From a virus (lineage: Duplodnaviria; Caudoviricetes), in the IMG/VR virus record IMGVR_UViG_3300042254_000186, positions 37,678-101,677 of that record: a stretch of DNA of 64,000 nt; one strand, written 5' to 3'. The position numbers and the translations under genes were made by a program. Shown here one piece after another: positions 19,474 to 28,143 of the stretch. Positions within the stretch are counted from its first letter, which is position 1; every line of letters starts with the position of its first letter. The notes under the pieces are model-generated. The model made no database searches. It saw only the letters and a program-made list of their open reading frames with translations, and was not told where the DNA came from.

Positions 19474-21276
19474 CTAATTTTTTCTAATGCCTTTTAGTAA
19501 TCCATATCGGCCTTTGTTCTCACTTTTTGTAAATTCTATAATACTAATATTTGGATCGGTGTTAATATCTTTTGAAAGATCACCAGGAACAATGTTTTCC
19601 ATAATAATAATTTGATCATCTCCATAATTATTAATAACGTAGTTAAAAAACCCTTTTCTAACGTTTTCATCTTGTTGAACTCCTTCTGGCATCTGTATAC
19701 CATGCAAAGGAGAATCTAATAAATAGAAGTGAGGGTTCTTGATAGCAACTTCATTGATGTATTCACGCATAGAGAGAATCATTATTGAATTGAGTAATGC
19801 TCTTACACCTTTTCCATGTGTCTTTTTTTCATCTCCATTAACAATTATATCGAGTTTAGATAAATCAAATTCCGCTGAATTTGCTGGAGTATATTTACAT
19901 CTCTTTAGTATTGATAGGTATGTCTTATTTATAGTAGAGATAAAATCATCTGCAAATAACTCTTTTGGTTTATATGCACGTTTTTCACTTACCGTAGAGT
20001 CAAGATGGGATAAATCATTCTCAAAGTTATCAAGCAAAGAATTGATTAATTCTAAATCATTCGATGCTTTTACATAGGCTGAGTATTGACTAATTTTTTG
20101 AGTAATAGATACTTTTTGCGGTTTTAATTCGGTGCTTAGCAGATTGTCGATAGATTTCTTTTTCTTTTTCAAATCTTTAAGCTCATCTAAATAACTAGAA
20201 ACTTCAAAATCTATATCTATTAGTGTTTGAGATAAAGACATACTGTTATTTAGTATTTTAACAACTTCAGCTCTCGAAGATTCCAAATAAGAAGCTTCTT
20301 GTTCCTTTTCTAATTCCCCATTGCAGAACGGGCAGTTATGTGGTGATTCATGCTTGTGGATTATATCCTCACCTTGAATGATGAAACCTAACCTCTCAAT
20401 GTCAGCAATATATTGAGATTCGAGTGCTTTGTATCTGTTTTGAGTTATCTTTCTTGTTCTAATTAATTCTTCTTTCTTGGTTATCTCGGAGCTTACATTT
20501 CTCATATCATTTATTGTTGATGAAATGAGTGAATTTGTCTTGTCAAGCTCGGTTTGGAGATCTTCAATTAAATTCTCAAGATATGTATTATCTCCATTTT
20601 TCTCAGACAAGAATTTTTCAAGTGAGTCTTTTTGCTGCAAAAACTTTTCTTTATTACTAATGATATACTTTTGAACAGCAGCTCTTTTAGCAGCTTTGGT
20701 TTTTTTATTTTCTTCTGCATCAAACTCTGAATAATCTTGTTCATATAAAATATACAATAAGCATGATAAGAATGAAGTTGTGTTTTGAACAATGTCAGGA
20801 GTCAATATAGGTTTTTCTAACTCAGTATTATCCTCATGTACAAATAGTAGTGGTTTTAGACTTCGAAATGAAAAAGCCTCAGTTTGACCATCTTCATTTT
20901 TAGGTACTTGTAGCGATACAGGTATATCTAATATCTCAGAAAAGACTTCTCTAATGTTATCTTTTTTTCCACTAACTTTATAAATCTTATTCTTTATACC
21001 ATCATTAACGAGAATTTTATTTTCACCGATTTTTCTAGTTAATGTAATATGCGAATTGTCCTTCCTTACTTCCATAGAAATAGTATCATATCCAATTGAA
21101 GTATCAAAAGGTGCGTTCTTATTGCTAGAGCCTAAAAGATAATAAATTGACTTAAACACATATGTTTTACCGGTATCAGAAGGGCCAAAAATCAACGTTA
21201 GGTTTTCACCAAATGTGATTTCTGAGATTCCTTTAGTTCCAGTAAAAGTTAGTTTATTTATGTGAAATTTTCCCAT
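19474..21276 (-). CDS. SMC/Rad50-like ABC ATPase of an ABC-three-component (Lamassu LmuB-like) system
   Basis: Walker A GPSDTGKT, coiled coils with a CPFC hook, HGKG signature and Walker B LLDSP. Confidence 0.85.
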   Translation of the reverse strand: MGKFHINKLTFTGTKGISEITFGENLTLIFGPSDTGKTYVFKSIYYLLGSSNKNAPFDTSIGYDTISMEVRKDNSHITLTRKIGENKILVNDGIKNKIYKVSGKKDNIREVFSEILDIPVSLQVPKNEDGQTEAFSFRSLKPLLFVHEDNTELEKPILTPDIVQNTTSFLSCLLYILYEQDYSEFDAEENKKTKAAKRAAVQKYIISNKEKFLQQKDSLEKFLSEKNGDNTYLENLIEDLQTELDKTNSLISSTINDMRNVSSEITKKEELIRTRKITQNRYKALESQYIADIERLGFIIQGEDIIHKHESPHNCPFCNGELEKEQEASYLESSRAEVVKILNNSMSLSQTLIDIDFEVSSYLDELKDLKKKKKSIDNLLSTELKPQKVSITQKISQYSAYVKASNDLELINSLLDNFENDLSHLDSTVSEKRAYKPKELFADDFISTINKTYLSILKRCKYTPANSAEFDLSKLDIIVNGDEKKTHGKGVRALLNSIMILSMREYINEVAIKNPHFYLLDSPLHGIQMPEGVQQDENVRKGFFNYVINNYGDDQIIIMENIVPGDLSKDINTDPNISIIEFTKSENKGRYGLLKGIRKN

Positions 21277-21281
21277 ATAAG

Positions 21282-21719
21282 TTATTCCCTCCTAACAGAT
21301 TCTTTTGTAGCATAATTGATTAATTTTTCATCGGTCCAATTTTGCGTTTTTTGAATAATCAATCTGACACTATCAATATACTTTTTAAAATAATCAGTTT
21401 CCATTTTTTCACAAACCTTACGACCATCCTCACTGATAATATATGTAAATCCATAAGCGTTTTGAAGTGGCATTAGTAATCCGGATAAAACGAGAGTGTT
21501 TATTGATTGGGAAACCTGATATCTTCGTGATGCAATTTCGCTAAAGCTATATGAACTGTCTCCGTGAAGATTAAATTCCAAAAAACCATAGTTTTTTCCA
21601 TAACTTGAAAACAAATCAATAGTTGTAATATGATCAACTGATATTGGAGCTCTCATCACATTTGTTATAACGAGAACTCTTAATGATATTTCAAGTTCAG
21701 AATTAAATATCTGTGTCAT
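21282..21719 (-). CDS. ABC-three-component middle component (LmuC-like)
   Basis: FNSELEISLRVL...NLHG...F.E..SRR motif. Lies between the CTD protein and the ATPase. Confidence 0.78.
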   Translation of the reverse strand: MTQIFNSELEISLRVLVITNVMRAPISVDHITTIDLFSSYGKNYGFLEFNLHGDSSYSFSEIASRRYQVSQSINTLVLSGLLMPLQNAYGFTYIISEDGRKVCEKMETDYFKKYIDSVRLIIQKTQNWTDEKLINYATKESVRRE

Positions 21720-22656
21720 AATCAACCACCCACTCAATCTTCCCTTCATTAACTAGCATATGAACCATTCCTTGTTTTTCAGGGTTTCCAATAATGCCAT
21801 TATTGTCTCTAGTTAAAATGTTTTTGCTAAAGGTAATATCAACAACTTTTTGCATTGTACTATCAACTCTTTCGAGAGCATTCTTATACTCTTTCATGAT
21901 AGTAATTTCAATACCAGAAAGTAAATCTGCTTTCGCTTCGTTAAACTCGTATTCTCCATCTGGAAATACATCTCTAATTTGATGAAGAACACTCTCGGCG
22001 TTAAAATAATTTTCTCTTTGTAATTTAAAATGTTTTTCATATCTTGGATGCATTGATTTTAGATCAGTTAATGATATTGATCCGAATTTTTCTGATTGTG
22101 CATAGACACGTAGTAAGGCATCAACATACCGTATTTCATTTTTTATTATAGCTTCTGTAGGGACAAGCTTATCTAATAAATTTACTGTCTTACCTCCGAT
22201 TTTAACTTGGTTGTGACCGATAAAAACTGCATCACGTATTGAAGCTGAAGGCTTCACGTTTATAACGTAATAGAGTATGGTATCTAAGACCTTAGTAATA
22301 TCTTTTTCAAAATTATCAAAAGTTATGGTGAAATTATAAGTCGCAAACTGTGAAATCATTCCATTTCTAGCATCCTCAGAGAGATCTTCTGAAAATATTT
22401 CAAATGTATAATAATCCAAATTTTCTTTTATATAAGAGGCGCAATCTACAGGTAAAGATTCTACTCCATTGAAAACCTTAAGTAAAAACCCATCTTTTCT
22501 CTTCTCGATTGGATTAGCTGAATCCACTGCGGATACAAATGCATTCAAATAAGTCTTTAATTTGTCTGCTTTTGTAACCCTACCAGATTTAGAACCGCTT
22601 AAGACTTTATGACTAAAATATTGTTCCATTATTGATAAAAAATCATTTAGTTTCAT
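21703..22656 (-). CDS. ABC-three-component 'effector' subunit (CTD6-like C-terminus) with an apparently non-catalytic, putative DNA-binding N-terminus
   Basis: C-terminal QRENYFNAES...KQGMVHMLVNEGKIEWV. No nuclease, protease or hydrolase motif is visible in the N-terminal half. Confidence 0.72.
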   Translation of the reverse strand: MKLNDFLSIMEQYFSHKVLSGSKSGRVTKADKLKTYLNAFVSAVDSANPIEKRKDGFLLKVFNGVESLPVDCASYIKENLDYYTFEIFSEDLSEDARNGMISQFATYNFTITFDNFEKDITKVLDTILYYVINVKPSASIRDAVFIGHNQVKIGGKTVNLLDKLVPTEAIIKNEIRYVDALLRVYAQSEKFGSISLTDLKSMHPRYEKHFKLQRENYFNAESVLHQIRDVFPDGEYEFNEAKADLLSGIEITIMKEYKNALERVDSTMQKVVDITFSKNILTRDNNGIIGNPEKQGMVHMLVNEGKIEWVVDYDTDI

Positions 22657-22692
22657 AGAATTTATCCTCCCTAATGAAATCGGAGCCAGAAA

Positions 22693-22805
22693 TACACTCC
22701 ACCTAGCTCTTAAGTCAAAATTCTAGTTGGTGTAATATAATGTCGTAATGAAAATTGACTGATAGTAATTTTCTTTATTATATCAAAAAACGGATGCATC
22801 TACAA
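22693..22805. promoter_or_regulatory. Switch region with face-to-face promoters and an inverted repeat
   Basis: Rightward TATAAT at 22736-41. Leftward TGnTATAAT at 22777-85 with a TTGTAG -35. Inverted repeat TACAC..CCACCTAG / CTAGTTGGTGTA at 22693-22734. Confidence 0.5.
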
Positions 22806-22854
22806 TCTTATTACAAATTATTGCTTTGCAATAGTGATATTAAAGTTTGATAAC

Positions 22855-23046
22855 GCATGCTTATCCATTACTAGTGTGGATTTCGCAAAAGCATGTAGAA
22901 ATAATTAAGCAGAACTAACCATTGCGAGGAAAGTCTGCAAAATAAATGGATATACTCATATACCATTCTTTTTGCTGACGCCTATAAACTGCCTACATAC
23001 TACGAAAAGAGTATCTCCATTAATTCAAAAATGGAGGTATTTTTTT
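22855..23046 (+). ncRNA. Structured cis-regulatory leader of the sigma-factor gene
   Basis: Two stems with complementary TCGCAA/TTGCGA segments, plus mutually exclusive anti-SD pairings. Confidence 0.55.
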
Positions 23047-23679
23047 ATGAAATTACGTAAAACACCAATCTCGAAAAGAATGACATACACCTATTTTTTT
23101 GCTAACGGAGATAAGGTCATCCTGGAACCAGGAAGATCAACAACGATTTATGCATCCGGTGGTAGAACCATACAAGTTGATGAATCTATCACTGAAATCA
23201 CAATTACCGAACTTCACAGACAAGATGATGCTGAAGTAAGAGCAAACCTTAAATATATCAACTGTGAAAGCAACATAGAGCGACAAGCACGCATAGCTAA
23301 TAAAAAGAAGTGGGCTATGGAACATCCTGAAGAAGTTAATCCATATGACAAACCACCAAGAATCATGAATCTCGATGCATTTAATGATGATGAAAACTCA
23401 CAAGACGATAAAAGCAGTCTGTTATATAAAGCATCTATTTACTCAGAGCAAATCAACTCTGATGATAATTATGAAAAGCTCGAGCTCATCAAAGAGTTTG
23501 TTGCTACATTACCAACTACCATGCAAGAGATGTTTGACCTTATCTATATTCAAGAACTAAAACAATCAGATGTTTGCTCGATTTTAGGTATATCAAAAAG
23601 CACGGTATCAGAACGTGTAAAAACACTTAACAAAAAAATAATTGAACATTTTTCAAACCAACCCGAACTTTTGAGATAA
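23047..23679 (+). CDS. Phage sigma-70 region 4 (ECF-like) sigma factor
   Basis: C-terminal LPTTMQEMFDLIY...KQSDVCSILGISKSTVSERVK HTH. GGAGG RBS before ATG 23047. Confidence 0.8.
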   Translation: MKLRKTPISKRMTYTYFFANGDKVILEPGRSTTIYASGGRTIQVDESITEITITELHRQDDAEVRANLKYINCESNIERQARIANKKKWAMEHPEEVNPYDKPPRIMNLDAFNDDENSQDDKSSLLYKASIYSEQINSDDNYEKLELIKEFVATLPTTMQEMFDLIYIQELKQSDVCSILGISKSTVSERVKTLNKKIIEHFSNQPELLR

Positions 23680-23698
23680 AAATGCGGACTAAGATTTA
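23661..23698 (+). promoter_or_regulatory. Putative phage-sigma promoter (copy 1)
   Basis: ACCCGAACTTTT-N10-TGCGGACTA-n-GATTTAG, with boxes and spacing identical to 56595-56633. Confidence 0.75.
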
Positions 23699-23734
23699 GA
23701 AGGCAAAAAAGCACTTCTAGAAAAGAGGAAAAAT

Positions 23735-23962
23735 ATGCAATCCAAAAAGCATAGAGTTCGCATTAATTTAGCGGACAAAAGGAGTAGGAATACCAACATC
23801 ATCGAGACTATGGATGAGACACTTCCAAAAAAACTATTCAATAAGTTATTCGGTAAGAAAAAACGAGTCTTGATTATTGCTCCAAGTGATTCGGTAACAG
23901 GCATTGAAATATATGAAGAGGTAGGTGAAAGAAATGTCAAGAAGCCCAACGGTTCACAGTAG
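23735..23962 (+). CDS. Conserved small phage protein
   Basis: RBS, first gene after the sigma promoter, and a VLIIAPSDSV motif. Confidence 0.65.
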   Translation: MQSKKHRVRINLADKRSRNTNIIETMDETLPKKLFNKLFGKKKRVLIIAPSDSVTGIEIYEEVGERNVKKPNGSQ

Positions 23963-25115
23963 AAAGTATAGCCCAAGTAAAAGTAGTATCTGGCTAAACT
24001 GTCCACTTAGTACATTCTACAACAACACAAAACATCAAGAAGTAAGTCCACAAGCAGAGTTCGGAACGCAATGTCATGAGTTAGGTGCTGCACTCATTAG
24101 TAAGTCATTAGGATTAATCGATTATGACAGTGAAGTTAAACCAATTGATGAACTAATCAAAGAACTCGATATGTATTCAGATGAAATGCAGGATATAGCG
24201 GATGGGTATGCGAACTTTGTAATTAACACCATTGAGTTTGAAAAGAAACGATCTGATGCAGAACCATTTGTAGTTATCGAACAACACCTGGATATGGATT
24301 TTGATGAAGACGCAAAAGGGACACTTGACTGCGGAATCATCTCATCTATGAATGGTGGAACACTTACAGTTATTGATTTAAAGACAGGTAGATTACCAGT
24401 GTATGCATTTGACACAGAAGAAGACTCGTTCAACACACAACTTGCCATATATGCACTTTACCTATACAAGGTATACAAAGACTTATATCCAGTTAATAAA
24501 GTAAGGCTTGTAATTTACCAACCTGTTATCAATAACACCAATGAATACGAGATGGATTTAGAAGAGTTATTGAAGTTTGAAACAGAAGTATTATTGCCAG
24601 CAGTCGAAAAAACAAGAACAGGATATCTAGAAGGAAATACGGGTAAACATTGCAGATACTGTTCCGGAAGATTTATGTGTGTAAAAAGAGGAGATGAATT
24701 TATAAAAATGTCAAAAGAATTAATAAAACCTTTGTCAGTTCACTCTGATGAAAAGATAGAAGAATTTTTACCAAAGCTAGATGACTATATACGTTATGCA
24801 AATGAGCTGAAAGAGTTCGCAATCAATCGAGCAAAAAACGGTCATAAATGGAATGGATTTAAGTTGGTTCATGCTCGAGTTTCAAGAAAAGTAACAGACG
24901 AAGCTGGGTTGATAAAGGCTTGTGAAGAAGTTGGAATTGATCCATATGGTGCACAAAAAGTCGCAGGAATTACAGAACTGACCAAACGAATCGGTAAAGA
25001 CAAAGTCACTAGCATTATCGGACCCTACATTACGATGCAAACAGGTTCCATGATACTAGTGCCAGAAACAGATCCTCGTGAAGAGGTAACAACAATAGAA
25101 GAAGGAGAAAAATAA
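23934..25115 (+). CDS. Cas4-like PD-(D/E)xK nuclease (DUF2800-like)
   Basis: SPS...W..CP, GT..H, GTLD...DLKTG, QL..YA and HCRYC...C. Confidence 0.85.
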   Translation: MSRSPTVHSRKYSPSKSSIWLNCPLSTFYNNTKHQEVSPQAEFGTQCHELGAALISKSLGLIDYDSEVKPIDELIKELDMYSDEMQDIADGYANFVINTIEFEKKRSDAEPFVVIEQHLDMDFDEDAKGTLDCGIISSMNGGTLTVIDLKTGRLPVYAFDTEEDSFNTQLAIYALYLYKVYKDLYPVNKVRLVIYQPVINNTNEYEMDLEELLKFETEVLLPAVEKTRTGYLEGNTGKHCRYCSGRFMCVKRGDEFIKMSKELIKPLSVHSDEKIEEFLPKLDDYIRYANELKEFAINRAKNGHKWNGFKLVHARVSRKVTDEAGLIKACEEVGIDPYGAQKVAGITELTKRIGKDKVTSIIGPYITMQTGSMILVPETDPREEVTTIEEGEK

Positions 25116-25116
25116 A

Positions 25117-26085
25117 ATGTTGAATATTATTGAAGGAAAAGAACAACGCCCAAAGAAAATCGTCATTTATGGACCAGAAGGAATCGGAAAGTCGACATTC
25201 GCGAGTCAATTTCCTGATCCACTATTTATTGATACTGAGGGCGGAACAAGCAATTTAGATGTAAGAAGAATCAAATGTAACAAATCATGGAATGAACTAA
25301 TTGCCATAGTAAAAGAAATCCATGTGAATCCACATATTTGTAAGACTGTCGTATTGGATACAGCTGACTGGTCTGAAACGTTATGTACAAATGCTGTATG
25401 TGAAAAGTACCGAAAAAACAATATAGAAGATTTTGGATATGGTAAGGGTTATGTCTACTTAGTGGATGAGTTTGCAAGGTTACTTACTCTACTTGACCGG
25501 TTAATCGAAGTAGGTATCAATGTTGTGATTACTGCTCATGCCAAGCCACGTAAATTTGAACTACCAGAAGAACAAGGATCATTTGACAGATACGAGATGA
25601 AACTATCAAGACAAGTAGCTCCTTTAATCAAAGAGTGGAGTGACGCATTATTCTTTGTGAATTACAAGATCTATGTCGTTACAACTGATACCAATAAGAA
25701 AAAAGCTCAAGGTGGGAAACGTGTTTTATATACCACACATAATCCAACTTATGATGCAAAGAACAGATTCGATTTACCAGAAGAACTTGAACTTGATTTT
25801 AAAGCTATCTCACATCTATTTGAAATTTACGATGTCCCAGCAGATGAAGTAATGGACTACGACTCAAAAGATATTACAACGTTAGCTTTTGTTGAAGAAC
25901 TTAGAAAGAAATTGGAACAAGAAGACGTTACCGAAGAACAGTTGCAAAAAGTAGTAGCCGCAAAAGGTCACTATGAATTAGAAACACCAATTAGTGAATA
26001 TTCAGACGATTTCATTACACGTTGGATTATTCCGAATTGGAAGAAGATTGTAGAAGCAATAAAAAATGAAAAAGGAGAACAATAA
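25117..26085 (+). CDS. AAA_24 ATPase (Sak4-like)
   Basis: YGPEGIGKST, VVLDT and AKNR. Confidence 0.85.
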   Translation: MLNIIEGKEQRPKKIVIYGPEGIGKSTFASQFPDPLFIDTEGGTSNLDVRRIKCNKSWNELIAIVKEIHVNPHICKTVVLDTADWSETLCTNAVCEKYRKNNIEDFGYGKGYVYLVDEFARLLTLLDRLIEVGINVVITAHAKPRKFELPEEQGSFDRYEMKLSRQVAPLIKEWSDALFFVNYKIYVVTTDTNKKKAQGGKRVLYTTHNPTYDAKNRFDLPEELELDFKAISHLFEIYDVPADEVMDYDSKDITTLAFVEELRKKLEQEDVTEEQLQKVVAAKGHYELETPISEYSDDFITRWIIPNWKKIVEAIKNEKGEQ

Positions 26086-26087
26086 TC

Positions 26088-26543
26088 ATGGAAGAAAATA
26101 AAAACATGTTGATGGACTGGAATGATTCCATCGAAGAAGACGGACAGGAGTTAGTCATATTACCAGAAGGTGATTACAACTTTATAGTAACTCATTTTGA
26201 ACGAGGAAGATTTCCTGGAGGGGCTAAGATTCCTGCATGTAATAAAGCAACGATTACAGTACAAGTAGAATCCGAAGAAGGAAGAGCTATAGTGAAGTTT
26301 GATCTGTTGTTATATCGCACAATCGAATGGCGTATTTCATCATTCTTTAGATGCATCGGACAAAAAAAACATGGTGAGAAATTATCAATGGATTGGAATA
26401 AAGTACTTGGTTCCAAAGGTCGTGCACACTTCAAACCTCGTAAATATGTCAATTCTTATGGTGATGAAAAGACAACTAATGATATCGATCGCTTTATCGA
26501 CTACAACGAAGAGTTTTTCATTCCTGACGATCTTCCTTTTTAA
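26088..26543 (+). CDS. Phage ssDNA-binding protein (DUF669-like)
   Basis: LPEGDY motif and acidic C-terminal DDLPF tail. Confidence 0.75.
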   Translation: MEENKNMLMDWNDSIEEDGQELVILPEGDYNFIVTHFERGRFPGGAKIPACNKATITVQVESEEGRAIVKFDLLLYRTIEWRISSFFRCIGQKKHGEKLSMDWNKVLGSKGRAHFKPRKYVNSYGDEKTTNDIDRFIDYNEEFFIPDDLPF

Positions 26544-26546
26544 GAG

Positions 26547-28133
26547 GTGTCAGGTATGGAACTTAGACCTTATCAAAATGAAGCTGTAGATGCAATTAGA
26601 AACGAATGGGTACAAGGCCATCAAAAAACGTTATTAGTACTTCCAACTGGTACAGGTAAAACAATTGTATTTTCAAAGGTAGTGGAGGAAGAGACGAAGG
26701 ATGGAAGTAAAGCACTTATCCTTGCCCATCGTGGAGAATTGCTCGATCAAGCTTCAGAGAAACTATTTGAAACCAGTGGATTGGATTCGGCTTTAGAAAA
26801 AGCTGAGTCCTCTGCCATTGGCTCATCAGAACAAGTAACTGTAGCATCGGTTCAAACATTATCACAACATAAACGACTCACTAACTTTCCTAGTGATTAT
26901 TTCAAGACAATCGTAGTAGATGAAGCGCATCATTCAATGAGTGATACATATCAGCGAATACTAAGTCATTTTGAAGGTGCAAATGTTCTAGGAGTTACTG
27001 CCACACCTGATAGATCAGATCAAAAGAATCTAGGAAAATACTTTGATTCAAAAGCATATGAATATTCACTACATCAAGCAATCAAAGAAGGATATCTAGC
27101 ACCAGTAAGAGCACAGATGATTCCGCTTGAACTAGATATCCATAGTGTAGGTGTATCCAATGGTGATTATGCTGTAGGTGAAGTTGGATCAGCACTAGAA
27201 CCATATCTTAATCAAATCGCACTAGAAATGCTGAATTACTGTAAGGGTAGAAAGACAGTCGTATTCTTGCCATTAGTAAAGACATCACAGAAGTTTTGTG
27301 AACTGTTGAACTTACATGGGATACGAGCAGCTGAAGTAAACGGAAACAGTAAAGACAGAGATGAAATCTTAGCTGACTTTGAAGCTGGAGAATATGACGT
27401 ATTGTGTAATTCGATGCTTTTAACAGAAGGTTGGGATTGTCCTTCAGTAGATACTATTGTTGTGTTAAGACCAACGAAAATAAGAAGCCTTTATCAACAA
27501 ATGGTCGGACGTGGTATGAGACTACATCCTGGAAAGAAAGAGTTATTATTGCTTGATTTCTTATGGATGACAGAACGCCACGATTTATGTAGACCTTCCG
27601 CACTTGTTTCAAAAGATGAAGATCTAGCAAAACGTATCGATCAGAAAATGATGGATCAAGAATCTGGTATCGATTTAATGGAAGCTGAAGTCGAAGCAGA
27701 AAGAGACGCTATTCAAGAACGTGAAGATGCATTGGCTAGAGAACTTGCTTCAATGCGTAAACGAAAATCGAAACTTGTGGATCCAATTCAATATGCATTT
27801 TCTATTTCAGCAGAAGATTTGGCTAGTTATGAACCGACCTTTGTTTGGGAAATGGGACCTGCTACAGATAAGCAATTAAAGTATCTAGAAAATCATGGAA
27901 TCTTTCCTGATGCAGTATCAAGCTGTGGTATGGCAAGTATGCTGATTGAGAAGTTGAAAAACAGACAAATTGAAGGATTAGCAACACCGAAACAAATACG
28001 CTTCTTAGAACGATACGGATTCTTACATGTCGGTATGTGGGCATTTGAAGCAGCAAGCAAAATGATTACAAGAATTGCAGATAATCGTTGGACATTACCA
28101 AGAACAATCAATGCTGCAACTTATAGACCATAG
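26547..28133 (+). CDS. SF2 DEAH-box helicase
   Basis: LRPYQ, PTGTGKT, DEAHH, TATP and QMVGRGMR. Confidence 0.92.
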   Translation: MSGMELRPYQNEAVDAIRNEWVQGHQKTLLVLPTGTGKTIVFSKVVEEETKDGSKALILAHRGELLDQASEKLFETSGLDSALEKAESSAIGSSEQVTVASVQTLSQHKRLTNFPSDYFKTIVVDEAHHSMSDTYQRILSHFEGANVLGVTATPDRSDQKNLGKYFDSKAYEYSLHQAIKEGYLAPVRAQMIPLELDIHSVGVSNGDYAVGEVGSALEPYLNQIALEMLNYCKGRKTVVFLPLVKTSQKFCELLNLHGIRAAEVNGNSKDRDEILADFEAGEYDVLCNSMLLTEGWDCPSVDTIVVLRPTKIRSLYQQMVGRGMRLHPGKKELLLLDFLWMTERHDLCRPSALVSKDEDLAKRIDQKMMDQESGIDLMEAEVEAERDAIQEREDALARELASMRKRKSKLVDPIQYAFSISAEDLASYEPTFVWEMGPATDKQLKYLENHGIFPDAVSSCGMASMLIEKLKNRQIEGLATPKQIRFLERYGFLHVGMWAFEAASKMITRIADNRWTLPRTINAATYRP

Positions 28134-28143
28134 GAGGACATCA

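Noticed and set aside
23934-25115. Cas4-like gene as evidence of CRISPR-Cas
   Set aside because: It lies in a standard phage recombination/replication operon with Sak4-like, SSB and helicase genes.
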